A DNA stretch of 64,000 nucleotides from Spizellomyces punctatus DAOM BR117 (lineage: Eukaryota), in NCBI GenBank assembly GCA_000182565.2, contig KQ257452.1; one strand, given 5' to 3'. This document shows, piece after piece, positions 26,602 through 39,116 of this stretch. The translations under genes and the position numbers were made by a program. Within the stretch, counting starts at the first letter, position 1; every line of letters begins with the position of its first letter. Under the pieces are notes generated by a model. The model had not been told where the DNA came from, ran no database searches, and saw nothing but the letters and a program-made list of their open reading frames with translations.

Positions 26602-29035
26602 TCACACATGTACTCGCAATGTATCAACCCTTGTGCTTGGAAATACAGTGACAAAAGGTGACATGCGACCCTTGAAAGTCGTTGATCGACTCGTAGTGAC
26701 CGGGTTCGCTTGATAAGCATTAGGACCAGGAGTGTTGGGCGAGGACGCTGCAAGGGAAGGCAGGTTAGGCCTTTGACATATCGGGGAATGATGGATAAAC
26801 ATTCATTTTTCTTACGTTTATTTCCCCTTTCTAACCGTTTTCCAAGAGAGAATTTCGGTCCGGCGGCTTTGGTGACAGTCAAGGCAGTCAGGGTATAACT
26901 TCCTGGTCCTGGTGTGGTAACTGGGAACGGTCGCGCTAAAGTAAATGTAATGAAGGAGTGTCCATTGATGAATACTCGAAGAGAATGAAAAAAAGAGTGG
27001 TTTTTCCGATTCTAACCTGGGACCACCTTGCTTTTTGCCTTTTCTTTGGCATCGAATTTGGCGAGCTGAGCAGGTGTGATAGCTGGAGTTGTTTGATAGT
27101 CAGCGGGTCCTGGCATGCTCTCTTTTCAAGGTATGATGGAAATAAAATGTTTTCTAGTCCCCGGGCATTTCAAGTTAAGAAATGTAAGTGGAATGGTTTT
27201 AGGTACCTTGGATGCTATTCCATCGGCCTTTTAAGGTTACTTTTGGGCCGTCATTTCCTCGAACTTGGCGATCTCGTGGCGTGTAGGTTCCTGGTCCTGG
27301 AATCCCTTGACCTCTATCATTATCACTTTGTTGATCTTGTAGGTAGTGTAGGCAAAAGTCAGATACGACGGTTATTAGGATGTCTTCACTGGCGCAAATG
27401 CCATTAATACCTAAACAAGATGAATACCTTTTGTCGCATGTCTTCCTTTGAGTGACACTACTGCTCCCTTGTCTCTAGTTGGCTCAAAATTTGGCATGTA
27501 ATCGGCAGGTCCTGGCGGTGGGGTCCGGACTGTTTGCCCTGTCAGTTGGATAAAGGTAAGCTGTATGTACATATTCAACTCAGATTAAAGAAATCATATT
27601 TTTGAAGCATACCGTCATGTCGTCCGATGATTGAAAACTGGGGCCCAGAGAAAAGGTCGTTTGGCATGAGGTAATTGGCGGGACCAGGTGTTTTGAGAGC
27701 TGATTTTGAATGCAAACAAGAGTGGAGAAGTAAGTTGATGTGAGTTTTTACAATGGTAGTTAGGTGCCAGATGTAAATACGTAAAAGTACCTTTACTCTC
27801 TTTATACCATCCTTTCAATGTTGCTGCCTTTTGATCCCAAGGTAATTTGGGATAATACGCATTGGGCGCCGGTCGTCCACCTAAGCCATTAGAATGAGTT
27901 TTACCGCTTTTTGAATTTCAGTTTTTTGAGTGTAAAGTAGGTTCATGTACCGTCTTCTGAATCCGTGAACAAGGCAGGGTCGAGTTTGGGTCGCATTGTA
28001 TAGCCTGTTGACACTTTGGCGTGTGGTGGGACGTTGGGGACATTGTAGTCCTGTGGACCAGGAGTGGGCTCCTCTGTACCAAAGAATCCCGCCGTTAATA
28101 AATGGAATTCATGAATGATATTAGCAGAAGGTCGTCTTTACCGATGACGGTCGGCTTAACACCGAACGAGTATTTTGGCGCTCCGGATCTGCCCAATGAG
28201 GAGGGAGGAAAGTATTGCTCGGGACCAGGAATGTTGGATTCTAAAAACTAGCTTGTTTTAGACAGCCACATATGGTAGCCAGGCACACAAACACTGCAAA
28301 GGGACATACCGAAAACAGGATGCCAGCCCGAAATCGAAAATGAGGGCCCATCTTTCCCAATCGTTCCTTCAGCCAGACCATACTTTCCAGGTCCAGGAAA
28401 GTCATTCACTTCCGTCTTTGTGCTCCTTGACGTGGTACCTCCAATACTCCACTTTGGTCTCTCTTCGAAAATGACACGGACCGGATCTGTGTTGTATTTC
28501 TGCGGACCGGGTCCTTCATTTTGTGAAGAGGATGTGGCGTGCTTGCCCAGGATAGATATACAGCGGCCAGATGGTAAAAGATGAGGAGTATAGGTCTGAG
28601 GAGATGGTGTTGCGTTTGCTAGTGGATGGCGTGGATAGGGTTTCAGATACAAGTATGCCATAGTGCGAGAGAAAGAAGGACTAGTGTTTTACCCAAGCTG
28701 CTCAGAGGTGTTCCTCCAGGAGGCGGAATATACTCTCCCATCGCCGTCCGATGTTGGACACCTAGCTGAAGGTGTGGTCGCGTAAGGACTTTACCACCGG
28801 ATGCTGCATCCTGATGGTCAACTTCTTTGATAGATTTAGCTGGACTGGCCTTTCGGCTTCCGCTTTTGGATCTTGCCCTGTCATTAGATGCCGTTTCGCG
28901 CCCTCGGGAAGGCGGTACACCGCCAGCTTCATCGTCTCCAAAGATGTCGTTGCTGCCGATAAGTGGGGCAGTGCTTTCGTTTGGCAGACTTGGCGGATCT
29001 ACTTGACGTGATGACGTTGCCCGCTTTGCCGTCAT
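26602..29035 (-). CDS. ODF3/SHIPPO (PGP-repeat) axonemal protein, multi-exon
   Basis: Recurrent PGPGKY, PGPQKY, PGPNAY and PSPQTY repeats followed by P-x-[FW]-S-[IL]-G motifs. Confidence 0.8.
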
Positions 29036-30381
29036 TTGTAGTTGTCGCCAAGTAGGTTCGATGGCTAATAGGTATCAATTTGTCAAGCTCACCCTTTCAA
29101 ATGTTCCTGCATGTGATTTTGGGCTATCAATTGGATTAACGGCTCGAAACGTTTTTGTCTAGACTCCTCCAAGGACACCTCTACCTTTGCTGCCACACTA
29201 AAGACCCCTTGCCGCGGGATCGGTCCTGATTTTGGCATCGGAGAATACAAAGTATAACTGAACGCACAATACGAAACTCTTTGGCTGATCTGGGATTCCC
29301 GTCATATTTACAGGGTACACCCGTCAATTGGCTCAGAGGAAACTGAACCTACATTGGTAAGCGGGTCTTGTGGTTTGTGATATATGACATATAAACTGTG
29401 CTAGCAAAAGAGACAAGGCGGTGAACGACCACACACCAGACGTCAGTACAGATCATTCTCATCATCTGGTAGAGCTGGAGGACCAACGCGCAGACTAACA
29501 TGATTACGTAGGCCACTGCCAACTCTCCGCTTTATGGCCGGCCGGTGTTTTTTGTCTTTGAAAAAGGTCCGCATTGTATGTCTATACGGTTGAGATGTCG
29601 ACATGGGACTGTCTAGCAGGCTCAAAATCTGAGCGCCGCCAAGAGACTTATGCCGGTGACTTTGGTCTCAACTTTTTGACGGTGTATCATGAAGATCTGA
29701 GCGCCAATCGATGTGTGATGATCCCCACTCTTTCTATATGAGTAGAACGTTCATCTTAAAGCTCCGCATAAAAGTAAAGCGACACAGGATATTCATTCAC
29801 AATCTGCCTTGGCAGTTTTATTAATGACCTTAGTGTCCATCTCGACCTTTTCTTGCACTCGTCCGGGCCCGTCGCGCACCCAATCCTAAAATAGGCTTCT
29901 CACTAGTTATCCTTTCAAATGTGGCTCGCTTGGAGTTTGCCCTGCCAAATAGGGAACTGCCCATTCAAGACGGTAAATCTGACCCTCAATGTTTGATAGG
30001 TCATCATCATAGGCCCCCTTATTTTGGTGGACAAGAGGAGACGTTTTATTTTCAGTAAGAGCCAATATTTTTCAGTTTTCGTAGTAGGATTTTGCCCAAA
30101 CGCCAAAATACCACACACGATCAGGACGAAATTCGTTTCCTGTCGGATTTTTTTGCTCTACGATTGATAGTTTGTTGTTTGTTGTTGCTACGGAGAAACA
30201 TACTATCTAGTAGTTCTCACACGGGCCGACTCCCCACTATCGTTTTTTTCCCGAACGAAGATTGAATGGACCTTATCACCAGATGATTGATCCTTGTAGC
30301 GGGCAACATTTGCGGTCCATCGGAGAAACAAACTTTTTGACTCACCGAGCTTAAACGACCAGAGCATTTTTTACATAACAA

Positions 30382-33300
30382 ATGCGCACCCGTTTGAAAG
30401 CACTCGTTTGGTTATGGATGGGCGGTTGTTTGGCTGTTGCTGTTTCTGGTTCGGACTATGGCGAGCAGGCACCATTAAAAGCGATTGTTGCGCCGTCGTT
30501 GGAAGTCACTACTGGTGGTGGATATGCGGAGGGACGAATATGGGATGGTGTCGAGGAGAGGGAGGAGACTTTCGAGATGGCCGAATTGATGCGACGACAG
30601 TCATCCCTGCCATCACTGGTGGTAGGGTACCTTGTTCCCCAGGTGGATCCTTGCAACGCTCCGCTGGTGGATTGGTTTCGAGTGGTTGTGGACGATTTGC
30701 AGGGAGCTGGTATACTGGCAGGGGCAAATATTACGATTGTGCGGGGGGTAACAGCAAATCAGAGACCACTGCAAGGTCAACTTGCAACCGATATGGCTAC
30801 GGGGCAGAATGCGATTGGGTTTCTTGGTATGCATTGTTTATGGATATCCCCGGGATGTTTTGAGCTTTAAGAATCGGGAGAGTCTCATCTAGTTGCCACA
30901 GGTGTCGATTCATCGTTCGCCGAAGACGGGGCCTATGGAGCAAGTGTCTACCACATTCCCTTATGCGACGGAAGCAGTAAGCAACCCAAGTGCGGAGCAT
31001 TTCTATGCGAGAACCAACCTTGACTGTTTTTTTCGTCCTATAGCATTGTCGCGGTCCTTATCCCTTAGTAGCGTCTACTCCACATATTTCCGCACCATCC
31101 CAGACTTTCTGCAACGGGTACTGGCAGGAACGAAATTCATCCGCTCTCAAAACTGGATGCGGTATACCGCGTTGGTTGGGTATACCTATGACAGTGGTAT
31201 GCTATTTTTTTTAAACGGTTGTTTTTTGTTTAATAGATCGTTATAAATAATGGCACTTTGGCAATATTTAGAAACCCTAAACGCACTTCCACAAGAAGAC
31301 TTGAAGCGAGCATCCCTCGAATTATTTGTGCCGGCTCTGGAACAAGGGCATCCGGATTACACCCCGCAGCTACAACGCATCAAAAACTCTGGAATGTCGA
31401 TCCTGCAATGTGACATGGACGGGCCAACCCTTGCAGCTGTTTTGACGATTGCTTCGTATGTTTTCCGGGGCTCTGATTGAAAGTGTTTTTCCCGTGGAAG
31501 AGTTCCATTTTTGCTCACAATAAGAACATCAACAGGAATCTCAACATGATCAATCGCAACTATGTTTGGATCATCCCAGGGGACGCTTACGACTTTATTA
31601 TTCGTACCAATGTTACCCTTGTGCCGTTAATGGAGGGTGCTATTGTTATTAGTTCAATTAGGGGACGAGGACCCGTTTGGGATAGCCTGGTCTCGAGATG
31701 GAGGACACCTGCATTTATGGAGAGGTGAGCTTGTTGCATTTGCTCCAAAGAAAGGGCAGCGCTCACTTTTCCATTGGGATGATCCCATTAACACTTTACT
31801 CGATGCATGTTTCCTGTAGATATCCCTTACTCCAACAATACGCTACCCCACCAAGTCATTATCTGTAAAGTTTTTTTGTTTCTTTCAGCATCATCTTATT
31901 CCCCAGTAGTGTTTGGTGTTAACCTGTTATTTCTTGAAAAAAGCCCCTTCCACACGTGTCTTGACCTCCTCCTTCGCGGCTACGACCGCCTTCTTCATCA
32001 AAATAACAACCAAACACTTCAAGACCTCGCAGCAGGATGGAAAGGCTCTGTTCTGCCTCGGGTAGACGTTCCAAGGAATTTTACGTTCCCGGATTACCAG
32101 ACTATTACGGGTGTGGTGTCGTTTAATGGGAATACGCGAGTTGGGTATGTTTGTTGTCTTACGGTTTTTGCATACGTTTGACCGATGACCGATGTCGGAG
32201 GGGACTGACGGAGGATATTGATGATTTTGCTTTTTGTTATTTGTATTTCAGGCACTTTACGTACAGTTATATCGCAAACGGCGTATTGATTGATTTTGCA
32301 ACAAGTATTGGAGATGCAGCTATGAACTTTTCTGCACCTGTTTTGTATTTTGGTTCGACGACGATTCCGCCAGATACAATCTCTGGTGATCATGACGATG
32401 GTATGATGGCAAAGGGATTTGGGGGAACCTTTTTGTTCTTCTTGGCCATTGTTCATTAATGCGCAGAGTACTTTCTAAAATTCTCTTTTTTTTTTTTGAT
32501 CTTAGAGTCGCATTTCTGGATGATACATGTTGTATTGCCCATCACGGTCTGTTTTGGCACATTCATTTTGGTGGGCGCGGGGGTAGCTTTTTGGAGGTGG
32601 AAACGGCATAAGCGTCAACGAGAGCTGCCACCTACAAAACCTTTAGGGCATGTAAGTCTTTTCAAACATGGTTTGGTTTTGGTCCAATCTTGTTCTTTTT
32701 GCTCATTACCGAGTCTTGATTAGTTTCCGAAACTGGATACAAGAGGACCAGCCCAAAAGGCCATGGAAATCCTCCAAGAATCCAAAGACCCGGCCAAAAA
32801 ACGTAAACTTTCAGCAAAAGAAATTGATTTCATTATCGACGTTCTCAACTCTGGAGGTGCATTTAACCCCAATCTCGATAGAATGGAGGGCGCCGAAGGG
32901 GCCAAAGTGGACGCTGAAACGCGCGCTTGGGTGCTGGACATCCTGGCTGCAAGTCCATCTTCCCATGGTCCCAACGGAATGGTCGCTCCAGTATCGAGAC
33001 AGAGCTCGGACTCTGCCAATAATGTTGATCCAAGACGAATGTCAAAGGGTGCTGGGATGGAAAAGGGTGGTTCGCAAAGTGAACGGTCGCGATCGAGTAT
33101 TGCAGATGGGGTAGCGAGCGCTGGGACCACGCCGAGTGGGTTCGAGCTCGGTGTGCTCAGACAACGTCGTGGGTCGTTGATGGGCAGCACCGGTCGAAGA
33201 GTGTCTATTCGCCCCCAGGACAGTATCGAATCGACTCGGTCAGGATTATTCTCCTCTCACCCGCTCGAAGAGTGCCCATCACAAGAAATTCCTACGCAGA

Positions 33301-35057
33301 GCATTCCAACTGACCTCGATTTGATTGATCAAGTCAAGATTATGGATTATCTGACGGTTTGGTACCATTCGTGGAATTTTGATATGTTCCAGTTTGCCGA
33401 GATGACGAATGGGCATCCATTGTATTATTCGGGGGTTTATCTCGTGCAGTCCAGTCAGGCTTTGGGACAGTTGCAGTTGGACATGGAGAAATTCAAGCGA
33501 TGGATTTTGGTAAGTCGTAGGTTATACGCGTGATACGTTCTTGCCTCGCATTAACCAATATATCTGCAACGGTGCATTTTCAAAAAGTTGATGGAAGCAG
33601 AGTATCACCCTCACCCCTACCACAACGCCATTCATGCCGCCGATGTTCTCCACGCCCTAAACTACCTCCTCCTCGAAGACCCTCTCGCGGTACACTATAC
33701 CCCTCTCGAAGTCCTGGCCCTTCTCATGGGAGCTGTCGGACACGATATCGATCATCCAGGCTTTAATAATAATTTCTTGGTGAAAAGCCATCATCCTTGG
33801 GCGATTCTGTATTGGTAAGGAAATGCGTTGTCTCTTAACTTTTGTCCATTTGAGGGTTGAGTATTGGGACCTTTGTCTGAATCGAGTTTTTTTCTGGGCC
33901 GTTTTGGTTAGCGATTCGAGTGTCCTAGAGTTACACCATTGTGCCCATCTGTTCAGCATGACATTGAGCTCCCCATGGAACATTTTTGCAGATTTAACAA
34001 ACGACGAGTACGACGAGCTGAGAAGGGTTGTCATTCGTGTTATCTTGGCTACGGATATGGGAAAGGTGGGTTTGTCTGTGTGTGCTCTTGTCTCTTACTT
34101 GAATTTGAAAAACTGAATGGACCCTATTGAACAAATAGCACTTTGAGTACATTAACAAGTTCAAATCCAAAATAACCGCTGGACAACTTGTCAAGCTCGA
34201 TCAAATCCCCGAAAACCGAATCGTCATTGCCGAAATCGCCATGAAGTGCTCTGATCTTTGTAATCCGACAAAGACGTTTGCCTTGTCTAGCAAGTGGACC
34301 GAGGCCGTGATGGAAGAGTTTTATCGACAGGGGGATAAGGAGAGGGAATTGGGGCTACCGATCTCGCAATTTATGGATCGGTCAAATACGAATGTGCCCA
34401 AGTGTCAGGTAATTTATATCGTCACGGCTGGGTTTTACAGTATTTGGCTCATCACCAAGCTATGCACACCAAAACACACAGATTGGTTTCATTGACATTC
34501 TTGTCGCTCCGCTTTACGATGCTTGGAATACGTTCCACGCCAATGAAGAGAAAACAGCCAAAATCGTCCGCGAAATTGGCAAAAACCGATCAAAATGGGT
34601 GGGATTGACCCTCTCCCAAACCATCAGCCCACAACAACAACAACAACAACAAGGAGGAGGACAATCCATGGCGGGTGCATCCAACCACGGTCTTGCTCAG
34701 TCTGCTGTATCGATTGCCTCACGGAATCCCACGCGTCAGACGAGCGCGCAGCAGCAGGGGCAGGGTCTACCTTCTTTGAGCGGGAGTAGTGGCGGATTGG
34801 CACCTCCATCGAGTGGTTCACTAAATCAGTCCACGTTGGATAATCTCCCTTCGTTGCCTGTTTTACCGTTGGGTGCCTCCAGGCCACCGAGAACGCCGAC
34901 GGGGTCATTGGGACGAGTGGGGAATAATCGGATATCGGACACGGTGGCTGATATACGGGATAAGGGAGGGATTATTATGAATACGGGGGATGTGAAGATT
35001 GATGGTCAACCCATGGCGCATTTGTTGTTACTGGACGGTGCGGATGACAAGGTTTGA
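30382..35057 (+). CDS. Putative receptor-type cyclic nucleotide phosphodiesterase: signal peptide - ANF-receptor (Venus flytrap) domain - TM - class I PDE
   Basis: Signal peptide MRTRLKALVWLWMGGCLAVAVSG. Flytrap motifs IPLCDGS, LS...YSTYFRTIPD, YVWI, ITGVVSFNG and PPD. TM VVLPITVCFGTFILVGAGVAFWRWKR. PDE motifs YHNAIHAADV, HDIDHPG, SVLELHH, ILATDM, MKCSDLCNP and KCQ|IGF. Confidence 0.8.
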
Positions 35058-36998
35058 AAAGGAAGAAGATGGTGTCATTGCGCCAAGTGGTGTGGTTGAA
35101 AAGGATTACCGATACGACAAACGTTCTGCATGTTTCTGGTGGTTGGTGTGGCAAGAAACAGCTGATAGCAAATCCAAGTTTTTTTTTGGTTTGGTTTGGT
35201 TTGGTGTGGTGTGGGATTTCCTGTTTTTTTCCAGGTTGTTTTTTTTCTCTCCAGATGTCTGGCTGAACGGGCTGGTTACTGTTTTTCTTAATGACACTGG
35301 AGAGTAAAGTTGAAGATTGGGGGATAGTGAAATGTAATCTATATCTTTTATAAATACAGTTTTTGGGACAAGCTTCTTGTTATGGGGTTTCCAGTGACAT
35401 CTTGGTATTTGTTTTCCAAACTGGCTTTAGCGGTATAAATGCATTTTATCAAATGTGTGCGATGAGATAAGCGTTTTGTTCGATGGCCGCTACATTGGCC
35501 GGTGGGGAAACCGTCTTCTTTAACGGATCCCACACTCGGAGGCATCGGGGGGATAATGGAAAGACGGTGGTGGTGGTGGGGTCAAAAAGTGTTTCCCCAC
35601 CGGCATGTATCCTTTATGTAAGCTGTAATGGATATCCAAATATCGCAATCAATAAAGTTGAGAACGTATTTTGGACCAGCGGCAAGAGACATTTGCAAAA
35701 ACAATTCAATTTGCAAAAGGGTCCCACGTTCGATTTCCGCTGCCGCCACTGTTTGCACACGAATGATGATTGAATTTCTCAGACCTGTACTGAACGTAAT
35801 GTGGATACTTTGAAATTGCCTTGAAATATCTGACGTGTGTTATTTGCTTTTTTTTTGTGTTGTGCTGAATTGAGTGGTTTGAGAGAGCAGATATTTAGCG
35901 TATTGACAAATGGTTTAAGTTTTGTTCATGTCACCCATAACTCGTAACACAACCATTTGTACATTTGCATAAACATGACTAGGCACACGCCACGACCTCC
36001 TTGCCCCCCCGAGAAAATAACCCAGCCCAAGTTTTGTTCAACCAAAAAGCAAACATTGGAAATAACCCTTTTTAATTTAGCACATGAGAATCGACAGCTG
36101 TGCTTTTGTGTTTTTTTAATTGCTGGTGACTCTATGCAAGTTGATTCAAGTTCCGCTGTGCAAAAGAGCACCCCAAGCAAAACGAAGGAGAGTTGAAGCG
36201 GAATCTAATGGAATGGACGAATGCAACGATGTGTGCTAGAGCAAAAAAAACAAAACGTTGAAAAAACAACCAAATGACGTCGTTAAACAACTTGCTGGGC
36301 TGATAAAAATTCCATCCCATCAATAAAATAATTCAAAGATCAAAATAAAAGAACACTTTCAAGCCACTCTTGCACTAGAACCGGATGGATACACTACAGC
36401 ACACCGAGTGTAACACAGAGTGATACAAATGATTTACCAGGGCCATGGAAAGCAATGATTTGATGATTGATGATGATGTTATACGTTTTACACAAGTTGA
36501 TATTTAACTAGCAAGTGTGAGATTTCTTTGCCCAACGGTCGTCGTTCGTCGTCGTCGTTTGTTTGTTTGTTTGGTCGAGCGATCAAGCTTGAATTCATTT
36601 GCATATTATCATCAGTCCCTTTCTCTCAAACTGGGTGACGCACCTGACGCTCATCGAGTTTGTTCACGCCCGACAACAAGTTTCTCTTGTTTTTTCCCCC
36701 CGGTTGAATGCTCGTTTTCGTTGTCTCGAGAGCCTTTGCTATTGTTCATCGGTTCATTTGCGTATTGAACTTGTTCGGGCCTAGGTCACAGAAAAACATT
36801 CTAGTTGAACGTTTATCCCATCGCAAATCCACTTGACGCTCTCCCAACTTTGTGATCCTCAAAAAGCTGTTTGGTCACCCAGTGTGACGCGCTTCAACTG
36901 CTGCAACCCTCGTTTTCACTTACCAATTTGTTTCCAAAGCGCGGCGTTATCAAACCCTCATCTGCAACAAAAGAAACCCTTTCATATTGAAAAAAACC

Positions 36999-39116
36999 AT
37001 GATATCCCTCGACAATATCATGCTCAAGCCAGCGTCTCCCATGCGAGGGCATCGGCCCATGGCGGACTCTGTTTGCTTCGAACAATCTAATCAGGATACT
37101 TGGGCGTCCCATCATCGTCGCTATCGTCAGTATCGTCACCACCATTCTATTCGAGGTCAACATCACAGTGTCGGAGATTTTAAATCTGTTGACAGCAAAA
37201 GCAGTGGCTGCGAGGAATATTCAGAGGAAACATGTTCGGTGATTACAACTTCCACTGAATGTCCTGCATCATCAAAACATCTTAAAGTCGATACTCGCTC
37301 TATATATCGGAGTCGATCTTGCTCCCCCTCCAAATCATCACCACCATCTCCCATTCAACTAGAAGAAGATTACAACAACAAAGACTTTCACGACGACGAC
37401 ATGTGCAAATTTCCGAGACGCTTCAACCTTCGCCGCAGGAGGGAACTCAAAGCCATGATGGAAGCTAGAGCTAAAGAATCCCATGCATGGTTACGACAAA
37501 TCCAAGACGATGCGCATCGGCTCGCTGCTTGTCGTGCATGCGCAAAGATCATGATCGGCAAGATGGATCCCGATGAAGTCGAAGGAGTATACCCCATGAC
37601 AACAGATCGCAGCCAAACTGCCTCAGAGATCAATCCAGAGATCAATGTCGCTCCTGCTGCAGAGGCAGATGACGTTTCCTTGTCGTTGCCTCCGCCTGTT
37701 CCGCAAGCTCCGACAGAACCCAGATCGTCGACATCAGAGTCCAGCAAACCCCGCAGGAGTTTCATGTCCATGCGCCGGTTGCTGCCAGTTCCTGCAGGCA
37801 TGAAGCGGAGCGATTCGGTCGAATCCGTCGCATCTGTCGACACGATCCAGTGGGCATCGGTCGATTATGTTCACACAAAGACTCATAATCCCCTCTCCTG
37901 GAAGCCGGATTGTCTCATGGTGGTCAATGCTGAAGTGTCCGAAGACGAAGGAGAGGGGAACTTTGTGCATTCCCACATGACACCCTCTGTGGTCTCCAGT
38001 GAAGCACCCATCAAAGCACAACATATTGAACAAGACCAAGAAGAACAGGAAGAATGTACACGTTCCAAGGTGGACATTAAGGGAAAGAAGCCCGTGTACC
38101 TCGTTGAGCAAGAGGTATCACCCGTCATTGACGACCAAGAAGAACAAAGAAACATGATCAATGTCATTCTCAACGCCTATGCCAACGAAGGGCCTTCATC
38201 ATCTCGTACCCTACTCCCGGAAGATTTCATCCTACCAGAGCCTGATGACCGCTTTTGGTACGACTGCTTCTCAGAGGCTGGCCAGCTCGTCCGTCGCATC
38301 TCCACAAAGTCCGAGCCGGTCCCCTCCAAACCTCCGCGGTACGACTCCCTCGACGCCATCCTCCCCCCGGCCGCGGAATATACCCACCACTCCATGTATA
38401 CCCCAACAACCCCCTCGACTCCCGAAGAAACCGCAATGCCTCCGCTCCCGGTGTGGCTCACCGACCCGGAGCGGCCAAAAAGCCCGCCACGCAAAGACAG
38501 CAGCCCCCCCAAAAAGCCCCGGTCCCCTCCCCGCAAGGACAGCAAGTACGATTCATTGTCCTGTAGTATCGTACCGCGGACGGGACCGGAGGCTACGCTG
38601 GCGGAATACAGACAATGGGAAAAAGACCATTGTAAAAAAGTCAAGGCTGAACGAGTAGCTCGGGCCAAGACATTATCGAAATTGGAAAAAAAAACCTTTA
38701 CATCCTCCTCCTCCTCGTCTGATAAACCCCCCAAATCCCCTTCCCGCTTCCTTTCCGATCCCATCACATGGATCTTTCGTAGATCCACACATTCCCCATC
38801 CACATCCACATCCAAAACCCTCCCACGGCGAGCCTACCCGGCCTATATCCTCAATCACGCCGAGATGGGCTCGCCGACCGCTAATAATGGGTACGACCCG
38901 ATCGCCCAAGCTGCTCGTCGGCGCGGCTCGTACATTGCCGACAGTATTATTGCAAAAGAACAAAAAAAGCGGCGGAGTGGGGATCCGGTTGATTGGGGGG
39001 TCACGATGGAGGTCAAAGAGTTTGTCAAGGTGGTTGGGGAGGAGGAGGCTAGGGGGCGGCGGAAGGGGTTGGGGAAGGTGGTGCGGAGGATGATGAGTTT
39101 TGGGAAGATGGGGTAG
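36999..39116 (+). CDS. Intronless Ser/Pro-rich low-complexity hypothetical protein (~705 aa)
   Basis: Long uninterrupted ORF with PPRKDS repeats. No domain recognised. Confidence 0.65.
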   Translation: MISLDNIMLKPASPMRGHRPMADSVCFEQSNQDTWASHHRRYRQYRHHHSIRGQHHSVGDFKSVDSKSSGCEEYSEETCSVITTSTECPASSKHLKVDTRSIYRSRSCSPSKSSPPSPIQLEEDYNNKDFHDDDMCKFPRRFNLRRRRELKAMMEARAKESHAWLRQIQDDAHRLAACRACAKIMIGKMDPDEVEGVYPMTTDRSQTASEINPEINVAPAAEADDVSLSLPPPVPQAPTEPRSSTSESSKPRRSFMSMRRLLPVPAGMKRSDSVESVASVDTIQWASVDYVHTKTHNPLSWKPDCLMVVNAEVSEDEGEGNFVHSHMTPSVVSSEAPIKAQHIEQDQEEQEECTRSKVDIKGKKPVYLVEQEVSPVIDDQEEQRNMINVILNAYANEGPSSSRTLLPEDFILPEPDDRFWYDCFSEAGQLVRRISTKSEPVPSKPPRYDSLDAILPPAAEYTHHSMYTPTTPSTPEETAMPPLPVWLTDPERPKSPPRKDSSPPKKPRSPPRKDSKYDSLSCSIVPRTGPEATLAEYRQWEKDHCKKVKAERVARAKTLSKLEKKTFTSSSSSSDKPPKSPSRFLSDPITWIFRRSTHSPSTSTSKTLPRRAYPAYILNHAEMGSPTANNGYDPIAQAARRRGSYIADSIIAKEQKKRRSGDPVDWGVTMEVKEFVKVVGEEEARGRRKGLGKVVRRMMSFGKMG

